From: an uncultured Gammaproteobacteria bacterium
GTDB taxonomy: Bacteria > Patescibacteriota > Microgenomatia > Levybacterales > GWA1-39-11
Direction of reading: 5' to 3'
NCBI GenBank assembly: GCA_964409875.1
Contig: CAYPEN010000001.1
Coordinates: 356,275-420,274, forward strand
DNA: 64,000 nt
Part shown: in pieces, positions 50,484 to 58,741 of the stretch
How positions within the stretch are numbered: the stretch's first letter is position 1
Layout: every line of letters begins with the position of its first letter
Position numbers and translations under genes: made by a program
The notes under the pieces: model-generated
Told to the model about the DNA's origin: nothing
Seen by the model: the letters and a program-made list of their open reading frames with translations, nothing else
Database searches by the model: none

Positions 50484-51161
50484 CTAGCCAGTCTGTGTTG
50501 CAACTGCCCTATCGTGATGCATTGTGTAGCTTGTCCCGCCCTTTTTGGCCATTGCGTGATAGCTCCTCTCCTGTTTGCGGCTCCTAAATAGCTGGGCATA
50601 AATTACCCCATCTTGAACTTTGTCACGCATTTTTATAACAAGCTTCAAAAATCCCTCGTAAAATGTAAGGTGATAAATACCTGGTTTTTCTGGAACCTCA
50701 TCAATTACGACGTCTTTGAAAACCGTTTCAAGTTCATCGGACGAGTCTTTTAATTTTCTCAGTTCTGCAAGAATCATCTCGAGCTGCTGTCTTATAGCAA
50801 CTGAATCTTCATTGGTCCTTTTATTTTCGGAATTTCTCTTAAACTCAGCAAAATATTGTTGATGTTCAACCGTTGCAACTGCTTTTTCATGCGTTGCCTC
50901 AGATGAAACTTTCTCTTTTTCTCTGGCAGCCAAGGAAACCGATTTTCCTGCCTTAAGTTCAACCCCGAATATTTGATTAAGAACGACATTGAATTCCGTT
51001 TTTGCCTCACTTGCGACCGCTTTATTTGCAGATTTTATTGTTTCTGTATTGAATAGTTGAGGTTTTTTTGCGCTCTCGAAGAACTTTTTGAACAGATTTC
51101 CCCCATCCGAGTGAACTCTTTCCTCTCCTGTATATTTTGTAGGTTTTACCTGCCCTTTCAT
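50484..51161 (-). CDS. CPR-type hypothetical protein, DUF5660-like
   Basis: KPGIYHLTFYE motif and C-terminal KKGGTSYTMHHDRAVATQTG. Confidence 0.7.
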   Translation of the reverse strand: MKGQVKPTKYTGEERVHSDGGNLFKKFFESAKKPQLFNTETIKSANKAVASEAKTEFNVVLNQIFGVELKAGKSVSLAAREKEKVSSEATHEKAVATVEHQQYFAEFKRNSENKRTNEDSVAIRQQLEMILAELRKLKDSSDELETVFKDVVIDEVPEKPGIYHLTFYEGFLKLVIKMRDKVQDGVIYAQLFRSRKQERSYHAMAKKGGTSYTMHHDRAVATQTG

Positions 51162-51269
51162 AGCCGCATTATACTACTTAGGCTCAAATTTATCAATCCT
51201 ATAATGAAATTGTAACACGTAGAGAGAAAATTAAAAGAGGTGTTGCGAATGAAATTTGTAAGAGTTTCT

Positions 51270-52133
51270 CTAAAGCGCTGAGAGGAAACTTATGGTTTTC
51301 TGCTGACGGATAATTGATGCAACAAGATATGGGTTTTTCATAATTTCTTCCCGTTCTGTAGGATTTTCAATGCTTGCAAGCGCTTTTTCAATATCATCTT
51401 TCTCAACCGTTATTTTTTCTTCATCTGCCACTTTTCTTAAGAAAAACTCGAGTTTTAAGTCTTGTTCGGCCTTCTTTTTGTATTCCTCCCTCAGCTTTTC
51501 AGGATCCATTTGTCGCGAAGTAAGATATTGGTCCAATGTGAGTCCTAGCTTTTTGAGCTCATCAAGCATTTGCGACAAAAGTCTTGATACCTCATTCTCT
51601 ATCAAAACATTAGGTACATTAATATTTACTTCTTTCATCGCAGCATCTAGTATGTCATCAAGAGAGGCTTTTTCTTCATTTTTGCCTGGAATTACTATTT
51701 TGCTTTTTGCGGTTATCTTTTGGATTGCCTCTTTATAATTTCCTAGCTCAATTTTAGGCTCTTCACATGTTTCAGCAGTAAAAACTATGTCAGTACCTTC
51801 ATTGAAAACTTCTATATGAATGTGCGGGGTAATAAGCGGGTTCAGGTTGTGCTTTTTAATTGCGTCATTGTAAGCTGCTCCTACAACCTTTTTGAGCATT
51901 TCCTCACGTACTGTCTCGGCATTCAGCCGTGCTTTTGCAATGTTTTTAGGAGCTTGTCCGGGCCGGAATCCTGCTATTTTTACGTGTTTTAGAAGTTCAT
52001 TTTCAATTTCTTCTTGTGCCTTTTTTGCCTCAGACCATGGGATTATAACCGTTATTTCAATAGTTCCGTCGTTTTTTCGCACCAAACCTTCTTTTGGAGC
52101 CGTTTTTTGTGTCTTTTTTACTTCTTCAGCCAT
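51270..52133 (-). CDS. tig: Trigger factor (short, PPIase domain absent)
   Basis: IAGFRPGQAP ribosome-binding signature; C-terminal KVADEEKITV; only 287 aa. Confidence 0.9.
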   Translation of the reverse strand: MAEEVKKTQKTAPKEGLVRKNDGTIEITVIIPWSEAKKAQEEIENELLKHVKIAGFRPGQAPKNIAKARLNAETVREEMLKKVVGAAYNDAIKKHNLNPLITPHIHIEVFNEGTDIVFTAETCEEPKIELGNYKEAIQKITAKSKIVIPGKNEEKASLDDILDAAMKEVNINVPNVLIENEVSRLLSQMLDELKKLGLTLDQYLTSRQMDPEKLREEYKKKAEQDLKLEFFLRKVADEEKITVEKDDIEKALASIENPTEREEIMKNPYLVASIIRQQKTISFLSAL

Positions 52134-52191
52134 AAGAAGTAATTATAACTTGAATACCTTATGATGTAAAGGCTGGTTGAAGCGAATAATT

Positions 52192-53199
52192 TTAATGCAA
52201 GCTTCTGGTATAACTATATGGTTGATAATATTCTGCAGGAGCATACGGCTCAATTTCACCACTTTTTGAGTCAAAACTTTTTATCGGGCCATATTGGGTG
52301 ACCAAGTTATTTTTTTCTTCTATTGGTCGCATTATATCTGCTGAATTGTCGCCCCATGAAACATGCCAGTCTTCCCCCGGATATACGGTAAGTTCAGCCA
52401 TTTCACTCACTTTGGCAAATATTTGTCTTGTTCTATATTGCTCCCATGTGACAAACGGATAGTCTATTGCAACCTGTGCTCCAAGTGCAAGATATGGATG
52501 ACCCAAATCTAAAGAATTTCCTTCAATTGATTTCAATGTCATATCCACAGATGCACCCGCCTTATGACCTGAAATCCACGGGGATATTGCTACCATGCTA
52601 CGTGCTTCGGCAAGCAGCTGTCCGTCTGAAATATTACCTTTTTCAGAAACAATCCTGTTAACAACAGTTTGAAAAAGGCCTTCCTGCACCCCATAAGGAC
52701 GGAAGGCATCTTCAAAATGTGGCACCAGTCCAATTTTGTTATACGCACTTCCTGCTTTTATCAACTTTTCAGCAACTCTCTCGCGGACCCAGAAAACCTT
52801 GGGTTTTCCTGCCCATTCACCACCAAACTCATTAATAGGTGCCTGGCTAAAACTTGTCTTCACACCATTTTCGGGAAGGACGGTTTGAAGATTTACCATC
52901 CTGTCTCCTGCTTCTTGAATATTAATAGGGCGCAGTCCGTCTTGCAGATTCATAAAATAATTGCCATAAGGTACGTTCAACATGTCGCCAAGCATTTTTC
53001 TTTGGGATTCTGTAGGAGCATCGACAAGTATTCCATTGTGTGAATGCGGGAATTCAAAATCTGCTTTTAGCTCTTCTGCGGCAAGAAATAGGGTATCTGT
53101 CAACTCACTTATCTCCTCCTTTGTGGGTTGTCTGAACTGAAGACCTACTATTTCGCCTATCTCACGTACATTTGCTGTATTTTCATGATTTTTCGACAT
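52192..53199 (-). CDS. D-Ala-D-Ala dipeptidase-like (VanX/M15 metallopeptidase) with N-terminal extension
   Basis: DAFRP, SGHKAGASVDMTL and EDWHVSWGD motifs. Confidence 0.82.
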   Translation of the reverse strand: MSKNHENTANVREIGEIVGLQFRQPTKEEISELTDTLFLAAEELKADFEFPHSHNGILVDAPTESQRKMLGDMLNVPYGNYFMNLQDGLRPINIQEAGDRMVNLQTVLPENGVKTSFSQAPINEFGGEWAGKPKVFWVRERVAEKLIKAGSAYNKIGLVPHFEDAFRPYGVQEGLFQTVVNRIVSEKGNISDGQLLAEARSMVAISPWISGHKAGASVDMTLKSIEGNSLDLGHPYLALGAQVAIDYPFVTWEQYRTRQIFAKVSEMAELTVYPGEDWHVSWGDNSADIMRPIEEKNNLVTQYGPIKSFDSKSGEIEPYAPAEYYQPYSYTRSLH

Positions 53200-53438
53200 G
53201 GCTGCATTATATCATTTGATTTCAAGCTGGATCCGTTATCTTGTCGAGTGAAAGCAAACTTAATTCACGTTGAAGTATAATAATGCATTATGATTGCCAA
53301 TTTGAGGTATTTATTGGCAAGTTGAAGTAGTTGCTTCAAGAGATTTAGGGTCAAGTGGCTGAGAATGGAGTTAATCAGCTGTTTTTAAGCGGTTGTATTT
53401 CGAAGAAATACAATTCACGCTTTTGGTCCAAGTGCTTT

Positions 53439-53459
53439 TGGTGCGGATAAAAGGACTCG
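53439..53459 (-). pseudogene. 3'-end fragment of tRNA-Leu(TAG) with encoded CCA
   Basis: CGAGTCCTTTTATCCGCACCA versus intact CGAGTCCTTTCATCCGCA. Confidence 0.65.
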
Positions 53460-53524
53460 CTCAGATGCTGTTGGCATATGTGCGAAGCACAATTCACCAT
53501 GTCATTGGTGCAGACAGAATTTAT

Positions 53525-53614
53525 TGGTGCCCGAGAAAGGAGTTGAACCTTCACGTCGTTACCGACACTAGTTCCGCTCTCAAATTGCTTCGCAATTCGT
53601 AAAACTAACGTGTG
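53525..53614 (-). pseudogene. 5'-truncated tRNA-Leu-like copy with a 24-nt hairpin insertion in the anticodon
   Basis: CACG-TTAGT-TT-TA[CGAATTGCGAAGCAATTTGAGAGC]G-GA-ACTAG-TGTCGGTAACGACGT-GAAGG-TTCAACT-CCTTT-CTCGGGC-ACCA. Confidence 0.75.
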
Positions 53615-53618
53615 TCAG

Positions 53619-53701
53619 TGCGGATGAAAGGACTCGAACCTTCACGCTTTTTAAGGCACTGGTTCCTAAAACCAGCGTGTATACCATTTCACCACATCCG
53701 C
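53619..53701 (-). tRNA. tRNA-Leu(TAG)
   Basis: GCGGATG...CTGGT-TT-TAG-GA-ACCAG, long variable arm, GAAGG-TTCGAGT-CCTTT-CATCCGC-A. Confidence 0.95.
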
Positions 53702-53767
53702 AGGAAAGTAGCTAAATTATAACGCAAAAGATGGTTTGAGGCCAGTTTAAAAAGGTTAATTTGTTAA

Positions 53768-53863
53768 GGCAAGCTTAGTGTGAAACACCAAGCTTCGTTT
53801 AGATAGTGAGGGCAAGCTTAGTGTGAAACATCAAGTTTCGTTTAGATAGTGAGGGCAAGCTTA
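53768..53863. repeat. 43-bp tandem repeat (2 copies plus 10 bp) with internal hairpin, overlapping a gene 3' end
   Basis: GGCAAGCTTAGTGTGAAACA(C/T)CAAG(C/T)TTCGTTTAGATAGTGAG at 53768 and 53811; partial copy at 53854. Confidence 0.9.
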
Positions 53864-54369
53864 TTCATGCCCAATTTCTGGTACTCTGCGTCGATTTCGT
53901 TCATGAATCTCCTCACTCTTGGAGCCCAGGTTGGACTTTCTGAATAAATAGGAGCTATTGTTTCAACAGTTGTGGCCCCACGACTCATATACCGAGTTTT
54001 AAGTCCATTCAGAACCGTATCTATTCCGTCTTCAACGGAGTTAAAGTAAATTCTTCCGCCGCCCCACCCATAAGAGTTGTACGAACCGGCCAATTGAGCC
54101 TTACCAAAAGAGGATTCAAGACCAGCTATAGCAGGTAAAAGCTTCCAGTCAATATCATACTTGTCTGCAATAGAAACATATGAGTCAGCATAAGAGATAA
54201 GAGGTGAATGGTACTTTTCAAATACCTTTTTCAAAGCCTTCGCTCTCATATCTGAGGCATTCATAGCAATAACTATGGACTGTGATTGCTTTTCGGCCGC
54301 ATCTGTCCTTACCGCTGAAAAAGCGGTTAGTAGTAGAATTGTGAGCAGAACAGTGATTGTTTTTTGCAT
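53842..54369 (-). CDS. Secreted lysozyme-like/glucosaminidase-like protein
   Basis: Signal peptide; SPL...DIDWKLLPAIAGLESSFGK...NSYGWG...IAPIY motifs. Confidence 0.8.
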   Translation of the reverse strand: MQKTITVLLTILLLTAFSAVRTDAAEKQSQSIVIAMNASDMRAKALKKVFEKYHSPLISYADSYVSIADKYDIDWKLLPAIAGLESSFGKAQLAGSYNSYGWGGGRIYFNSVEDGIDTVLNGLKTRYMSRGATTVETIAPIYSESPTWAPRVRRFMNEIDAEYQKLGMNKLALTI

Positions 54370-54443
54370 ATTTGGGAAAGCTTTTGTAGCTTTCCTAAAT
54401 ATGAGGTTTGAGGGAGATTCAAACCTAAAAGGAGGTGATTACC

Positions 54444-54520
54444 AAAAAAAAATCCTAAAGTAGTTTTGGGCTACCTTAGGATCTAATGTGTATTCTATCA
54501 AATAACTATGGGTTTGTCAA
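54444..54520 (-). promoter_or_regulatory. Sigma70-type promoter immediately followed by a terminator-like hairpin
   Basis: TTGACA(54515-20)-17-TGaTAGAAT(54492-97); then ATCCTAAGGTAG/CTACTTTAGGAT stem plus long U-tract (54444-54482). Confidence 0.65.
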
Positions 54521-54756
54521 GTGTATAACTATAAGTTGCTGTGAGTTATTTGGCTTCAAAATTCTACCATTTATTGACAAACACAGAACAATTCGGAGAA
54601 TTTTCATGGGTTTGTCAAGTGTATAACTATAAGTTGCTGCGCGTTATTTGAGGCTAATGTGCAGCAACTTTATTTCATATAAGTTACCTAATATTATTTG
54701 ATGCTAATATACAGTAATTTTATTATATATAAGTTACTGTGGGTAATTTGAGGCTA
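54508..54756. repeat. Intergenic repeat cluster: 45-bp duplication plus degenerate 50-bp-period tandem repeat
   Basis: 54508-54552 and 54606-54650 differ at 2 of 45 positions; TATAAGTT(G/A)C...TTATTTGA(G/T)GCTA units at 54628, 54678 and 54728. Confidence 0.85.
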
Positions 54757-54757
54757 T

Positions 54758-55408
54758 TTATAGAGAATCAGAGAGTTTTTGCATGATGAGTGTCACGACT
54801 TGTGGCCATTTTCCCGTATCTGAAGGGGTATATAGCTTCACAATGTCATGAGGGTTCACCAAACCTTTTTGAACGTATTTTTTGGCTAATGTTGAAGTTA
54901 CGGTCGAAATAGCTTCATCATAGCTGGAAAACCTTGTAATTTTACCCCCATAAATCCCAAATCCCCAACAATTGTACGAATTTTTGATTATTTTTCTACA
55001 TAACGTGCTCTCCTGCATGGCAATAGCAGGAAGGAGTCTATAGTCGATATCGTGCTTGTCAGCCTCAGAAACTATAGTTTGTGCGTGACCGAGAAGAGGT
55101 GAATCATATTTGGCAAAAAAATCATCCAGCGCCTTCACTCTGGCATCAGTTGTTTCTACACCTACGCTACTTTGGGTATTGGCATCTGGAAGTGCTTGGA
55201 ATTGAGGCTTATGCTCCTGACGGGCAAAGTAACCGTTTCCTTGATACTTCACATACAAAGAGAAGAGGACTAAAAAAACAATGAAGAGTGGAATAACGGA
55301 GAGGTACGTTGCAATAAAAAGAAGGCGCTTTGTGCTCGGTGTTTTGGGGGCATTTTGAACTTGATTTAGAAGAATATTGTCTTCTTTTACGAGTTCCTCC
55401 TGTTCCAT
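54758..55408 (-). CDS. Membrane-anchored lysozyme-like/glucosaminidase-like protein
   Basis: One TM helix; SPL...DIDYRLLPAIAMQESTL...NCWGFGIYG motifs; paralog of 53842-54369. Confidence 0.8.
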   Translation of the reverse strand: MEQEELVKEDNILLNQVQNAPKTPSTKRLLFIATYLSVIPLFIVFLVLFSLYVKYQGNGYFARQEHKPQFQALPDANTQSSVGVETTDARVKALDDFFAKYDSPLLGHAQTIVSEADKHDIDYRLLPAIAMQESTLCRKIIKNSYNCWGFGIYGGKITRFSSYDEAISTVTSTLAKKYVQKGLVNPHDIVKLYTPSDTGKWPQVVTLIMQKLSDSL

Positions 55409-55545
55409 GTCCTTACTTAATCACGTGAAAATTTTTGTGTCAATGATGTAAATAATATACTCAATAGTACAAACTGGTATAAGTTACTTTCTTTGGTAAA
55501 ATAAGAAAATACCCGGGTGGGATAGCCACTCGGGAATAATTAAAC

Positions 55546-55628
55546 GCCCGAGTGGTGAAATGGTATACACGCAGTGTTCAGAACGCTGTATCGGTAACGG
55601 TGTGGAGGTTCGAGTCCTCTCTCGGGCA
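55546..55628 (+). tRNA. tRNA-Leu(CAG)
   Basis: GCCCGAG...CAGTG-TT-CAG-AA-CGCTG, long variable arm, GGAGG-TTCGAGT-CCTCT-CTCGGGC-A. Confidence 0.95.
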
Positions 55629-55807
55629 CTAGAAAAGAAGTTTAGGCTTTGGCTTAAAATTCTTTTTTTATGCCTGAAGACCTCGAACCTCTAGAAGGAA
55701 AAGCCGACTAGCTGGTTCAAGTTCTCTCCCTGGCACACTTCTTGCTCCTGTTTCTTACTTGATTCTGAACTGTTTGTTTTTTACCCTTAAAGTGTGACCC
55801 GTATGCT

Positions 55808-56035
55808 GTGTGGATGAAAATTATAGTTATGTCACTGGTGCCGGGAGCTATTTTTGCAACTTTGATGGATTATGTTTTTCCGCATTTGACGAGCTTGGGG
55901 TTCGTTTACTCTTTTATTGCTGGCATGATTTTCTTCATAGTATGTGTTCATGTACTCTCTTCGCTCTTAGGCAATAGACAGTTAAAAAGACAAGAAAACG
56001 AACCACTCACCTTCTTACGCACCAAACTCTATTGA
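55808..56035 (+). CDS. Small hypothetical membrane protein (2 TM)
   Basis: 75-aa ORF with two hydrophobic segments; start uncertain. Confidence 0.5.
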   Translation: MWMKIIVMSLVPGAIFATLMDYVFPHLTSLGFVYSFIAGMIFFIVCVHVLSSLLGNRQLKRQENEPLTFLRTKLY

Positions 56036-56099
56036 CTCCATTAGTCAGCAAATGATATGTTCAATTTAGGTTTTTGGGTTGAGAGAGGAGGTGAATGAA

Positions 56100-56507
56100 A
56101 TGCCATCTGTTAATGTATTAGCGGTTATTCTATCAGCGGTTCTAAGTATGGTTGTCGGCTCCTTGTGGTACGGTCCACTTTTCGGGAAGAAATGGATGAA
56201 ATTGATTTCCATGACAAAAGAGGAAATGGAAAAAGGGAAAAAGGACATGCCAAAGACTTATGGCATGATGTTTGTGGGCTCTCTTGTTACCTCATACGTT
56301 TTAGCCATAACAATTGGCATGGCAGCAACGAAAGACATAACAACAGGAGTACTTATTGCTTTCTTTATGTGGTTAGGTTTTATCGTTCCTGCCAAGCTTT
56401 CTGAAGTGCTTTTTGAAAAAAAGGCATGGGCCCTTTTTTATATCGAAAGCGGATACTATTTTGTATTTTTGCTTATTGCCGGGGGCGTTATCGGAGTGCT
56501 GGCTTAA
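56100..56507 (+). CDS. DUF1761-family membrane protein
   Basis: SD GAGGAGGTG before ATG 56100; NVLAVILSAVLSMVVGSLWYGPLFGKKWM motif. Confidence 0.85.
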   Translation: MPSVNVLAVILSAVLSMVVGSLWYGPLFGKKWMKLISMTKEEMEKGKKDMPKTYGMMFVGSLVTSYVLAITIGMAATKDITTGVLIAFFMWLGFIVPAKLSEVLFEKKAWALFYIESGYYFVFLLIAGGVIGVLA

Positions 56508-57411
56508 CGTTCCTCGAGCGGTTAAAGAAGTACCCTATTATGACAAGCGTTGAAAGTGGAGAAATCCACGTGGGAAATTTGTAGCCAAAACCGTCAAAAA
56601 GCATTATTGTGCCAAGCACCCCAATTGAGTACATCGCCCCATTTTTAAGATAGCGGTACTGTTTTATTCTTTCGATATTGCCAACTGTTAACTGCCTCAA
56701 TACAAATGCCCCTATACCGTTTCCGATAAGAATAAGAAGTACCGATAACGTAAATGCAAAAGCACCTACAACCCCGTCTATGGAGAATGTTGCATCAAGG
56801 ATTTCAAGGTAAATAATTTTACTGATATCAGACATTTGCCCCTGCGAGCGTACCAAATTGCGCTCTTGTTTTTCGGCTTGTTCACGTACTCCATGAATAA
56901 TAAAAAAGCCCGTTGAACCGACAACTGCACCTATCGCAAGAGTCGGATTTATACCTACACTTGACCAAACTATAATAGTAAGTAGTATCGATACAACCGC
57001 GTAAAACCACACTCCCTGGTTTAAAAGGAACCGCTCAAACCTGAATGCATATTCCTTTGTTTCTAAAAATGCCCAATTTAAAAAAAGAAAGATTAAAAAA
57101 ACTCCTCCTCCTATAAGAAGCACTTTTGAAGACTCTTCTATGATGTGAGCCGATTGTTCTGATCCACTAAATGTTGTGCCCAAAACCTGCCAGAAAGAGT
57201 GGGTAGGATTTGTCAGGTAAATTATTAAAAAAGGCAAAAAACCTCTAATAACAAAAACGGCGAAGAGAATTCCCCAAAACAAGAACCATTTTCTTGCTTT
57301 CTGGCTCATGGTGGAGAGAACATTTGCATTGATTATTGCGTTGTCAATGCTTGTCACTATCTCAAAAACCGCAAGACCTATTATTGTCAGAAGTGGAGTA
57401 AGAAATCCCAT
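56488..57411 (-). CDS. DUF475 / TerC-like membrane protein
   Basis: FEIVTSIDNAIINA and YLEILDATFSIDGVVGAFA motifs. Confidence 0.88.
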   Translation of the reverse strand: MGFLTPLLTIIGLAVFEIVTSIDNAIINANVLSTMSQKARKWFLFWGILFAVFVIRGFLPFLIIYLTNPTHSFWQVLGTTFSGSEQSAHIIEESSKVLLIGGGVFLIFLFLNWAFLETKEYAFRFERFLLNQGVWFYAVVSILLTIIVWSSVGINPTLAIGAVVGSTGFFIIHGVREQAEKQERNLVRSQGQMSDISKIIYLEILDATFSIDGVVGAFAFTLSVLLILIGNGIGAFVLRQLTVGNIERIKQYRYLKNGAMYSIGVLGTIMLFDGFGYKFPTWISPLSTLVIIGYFFNRSRNVKPALR

Positions 57412-57433
57412 GCGTTCTATTGTAGCAAAAATG

Positions 57434-57505
57434 AGCGGCGAACCAGACTTGAACTGGCGACCTCTTCCTTGGCAAGGAAGCGTTCTACCACTGAACTACC
57501 GCCGC
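57434..57505 (-). tRNA. tRNA-Gly(GCC)
   Basis: GCGGCGG...CTTCC-TT-GCC-AA-GGAAG...GCCAG-TTCAAGT-CTGGT-TCGCCGC-T. Confidence 0.95.
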
Positions 57506-57550
57506 AGGTAGAAATATTCAAGGCGTTAGGAAGTGGCAAGCTAGGCTTAA

Positions 57551-57567
57551 CACTGAACTACCGCCGC
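57551..57567 (-). repeat. Exact 17-nt duplicate of the tRNA-Gly 5' end
   Basis: GCGGCGGTAGTTCAGTG is identical to 57489-57505. Confidence 0.85.
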
Positions 57568-57587
57568 GAACTTAAAATTTAATTTTG

Positions 57588-57660
57588 TGCCAAGACCAGG
57601 AATCGAACCCGGATAACGTGTTCTTCAGACACGCGCCTTGACCAACTTGGCAATCTTGGC
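57588..57660 (-). tRNA. tRNA-Phe(GAA)
   Basis: GCCAAGA...CGTGT-CT-GAA-GA-ACACG...CCGGG-TTCGATT-CCTGG-TCTTGGC-A. Confidence 0.93.
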
Positions 57661-57773
57661 ATGATTGTTTTGGGTGTCCGACTTCTTTTCGGCTTGTTTA
57701 ATCGGCGGCTGACAACCCACCGACCCAAATTGGTCTAGCTTGTGGACGATGAGCAAGCTTGTCATCCACTTTG

Positions 57774-57846
57774 TGGACGATAAGGGACTCGAACCCCTGA
57801 CACCTTGTGTGTAAAACAAGTGCTCTACCAACTGAGCTAATCGTCC
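57774..57846 (-). tRNA. tRNA-Val(TAC)
   Basis: GGACGAT...CTTGT-TT-TAC-AC-ACAAG...AGGGG-TTCGAGT-CCCTT-ATCGTCC-A. Confidence 0.95.
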
Positions 57847-57866
57847 TCAATTCGTTCTTTCTCACT

Positions 57867-57951
57867 TGGTGGGCTTGAGAGGACTCGAACCTCCACACCT
57901 TACGGCACAGCCACCTCAAGACTGCGTGTATACCAATTTCACCACAAGCCC
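57867..57951 (-). tRNA. tRNA-Leu(GAG), CCA encoded
   Basis: GGGCTTG...CAGTC-TT-GAG-GT-GGCTG...GGAGG-TTCGAGT-CCTCT-CAAGCCC-ACCA. Confidence 0.95.
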
Positions 57952-58026
57952 AAATTATTCTAGTTCAATATTTTATCAAAATTATTGATTAGTGTCCACG
58001 AACTCTATACACTCAAATCATTGAAT

Positions 58027-58602
58027 ATGAACATAAGAATTTTATTTGTTTTCATTATCTTATTTACCCTTGTAATTGCGTCCGCTTTTTTCTATTCTGG
58101 TACTACACACAAGGAAGTGTCAGTTAAAAACAAGTCACAAAAGGGAATAGCTATGAAACAATTAATTATTAAAAGTAGTGCATTTGTAGACAAGGGAAGA
58201 ATTCCTGCTACCTATACTTGTGATGGTGAAGATATTAATCCGCCTTTACTATTTGAAAATGTTCCTGATGATGCCCGAAGCCTTACTCTTATTGTCGAAG
58301 ACCCTGATGCACCCGGCAAGACCTGGGTTCACTGGGTTGTTTTTAATATATCTGCCGACACTACCCATATCAACGAAGATAGTGTCCCGCAAGGGGCGGT
58401 CGAGGCGATGACAGATTTCGGAAATGTAGGGTATGGTGGCCCCTGCCCTCCCCAAGGTGTTCACCGATACCACTTCAAATTATACGCACTTGATACAGTT
58501 CTTGATTTAACGGAAGATGTAACACTTGAAGAAATACGTCATGCAATGGAGCGGCATATTATAGAAGAAGCAGAATTGGTAGGGTTATATTCCCGCGAGT
58601 AA
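58027..58602 (+). CDS. YbhB/YbcL (PEBP) family protein with N-terminal TM/signal
   Basis: YTCDGEDINPPL, EDPDAP, WVHWVVFNI and YGGPCPPQGVHRYHFKLYALD motifs. Confidence 0.92.
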   Translation: MNIRILFVFIILFTLVIASAFFYSGTTHKEVSVKNKSQKGIAMKQLIIKSSAFVDKGRIPATYTCDGEDINPPLLFENVPDDARSLTLIVEDPDAPGKTWVHWVVFNISADTTHINEDSVPQGAVEAMTDFGNVGYGGPCPPQGVHRYHFKLYALDTVLDLTEDVTLEEIRHAMERHIIEEAELVGLYSRE

Positions 58603-58741
58603 GATAATCTTCGGTATATTTTGACTACTTGTGTATGAAAAGTACATAAAACTTGTAATAAAACAAAGAGTCTGCTATAGTAAAAAAATTCTACTCTTCG
58701 AATTTATCTTCTAGTTTCCTAATAAAAGGAGGTGTATTTAC

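Noticed and set aside
40320-52133. Shortened PheT, ThrS and trigger factor as pseudogenes or novelties
   Set aside because: ORFs are intact with core motifs; such domain losses are known in streamlined CPR proteins.
53768-54756. CRISPR array candidates (43-bp and 50-bp repeats)
   Set aside because: Units are contiguous with no unique spacers, degenerate, 2-3 copies only, and no cas genes are nearby.
53439-55628. Integrated genomic island bounded by tRNA-Leu att sites
   Set aside because: Fragments are imperfect, lie within ~200 bp of the tRNA or are inverted relative to Leu(CAG), and enclose no integrase or cargo.
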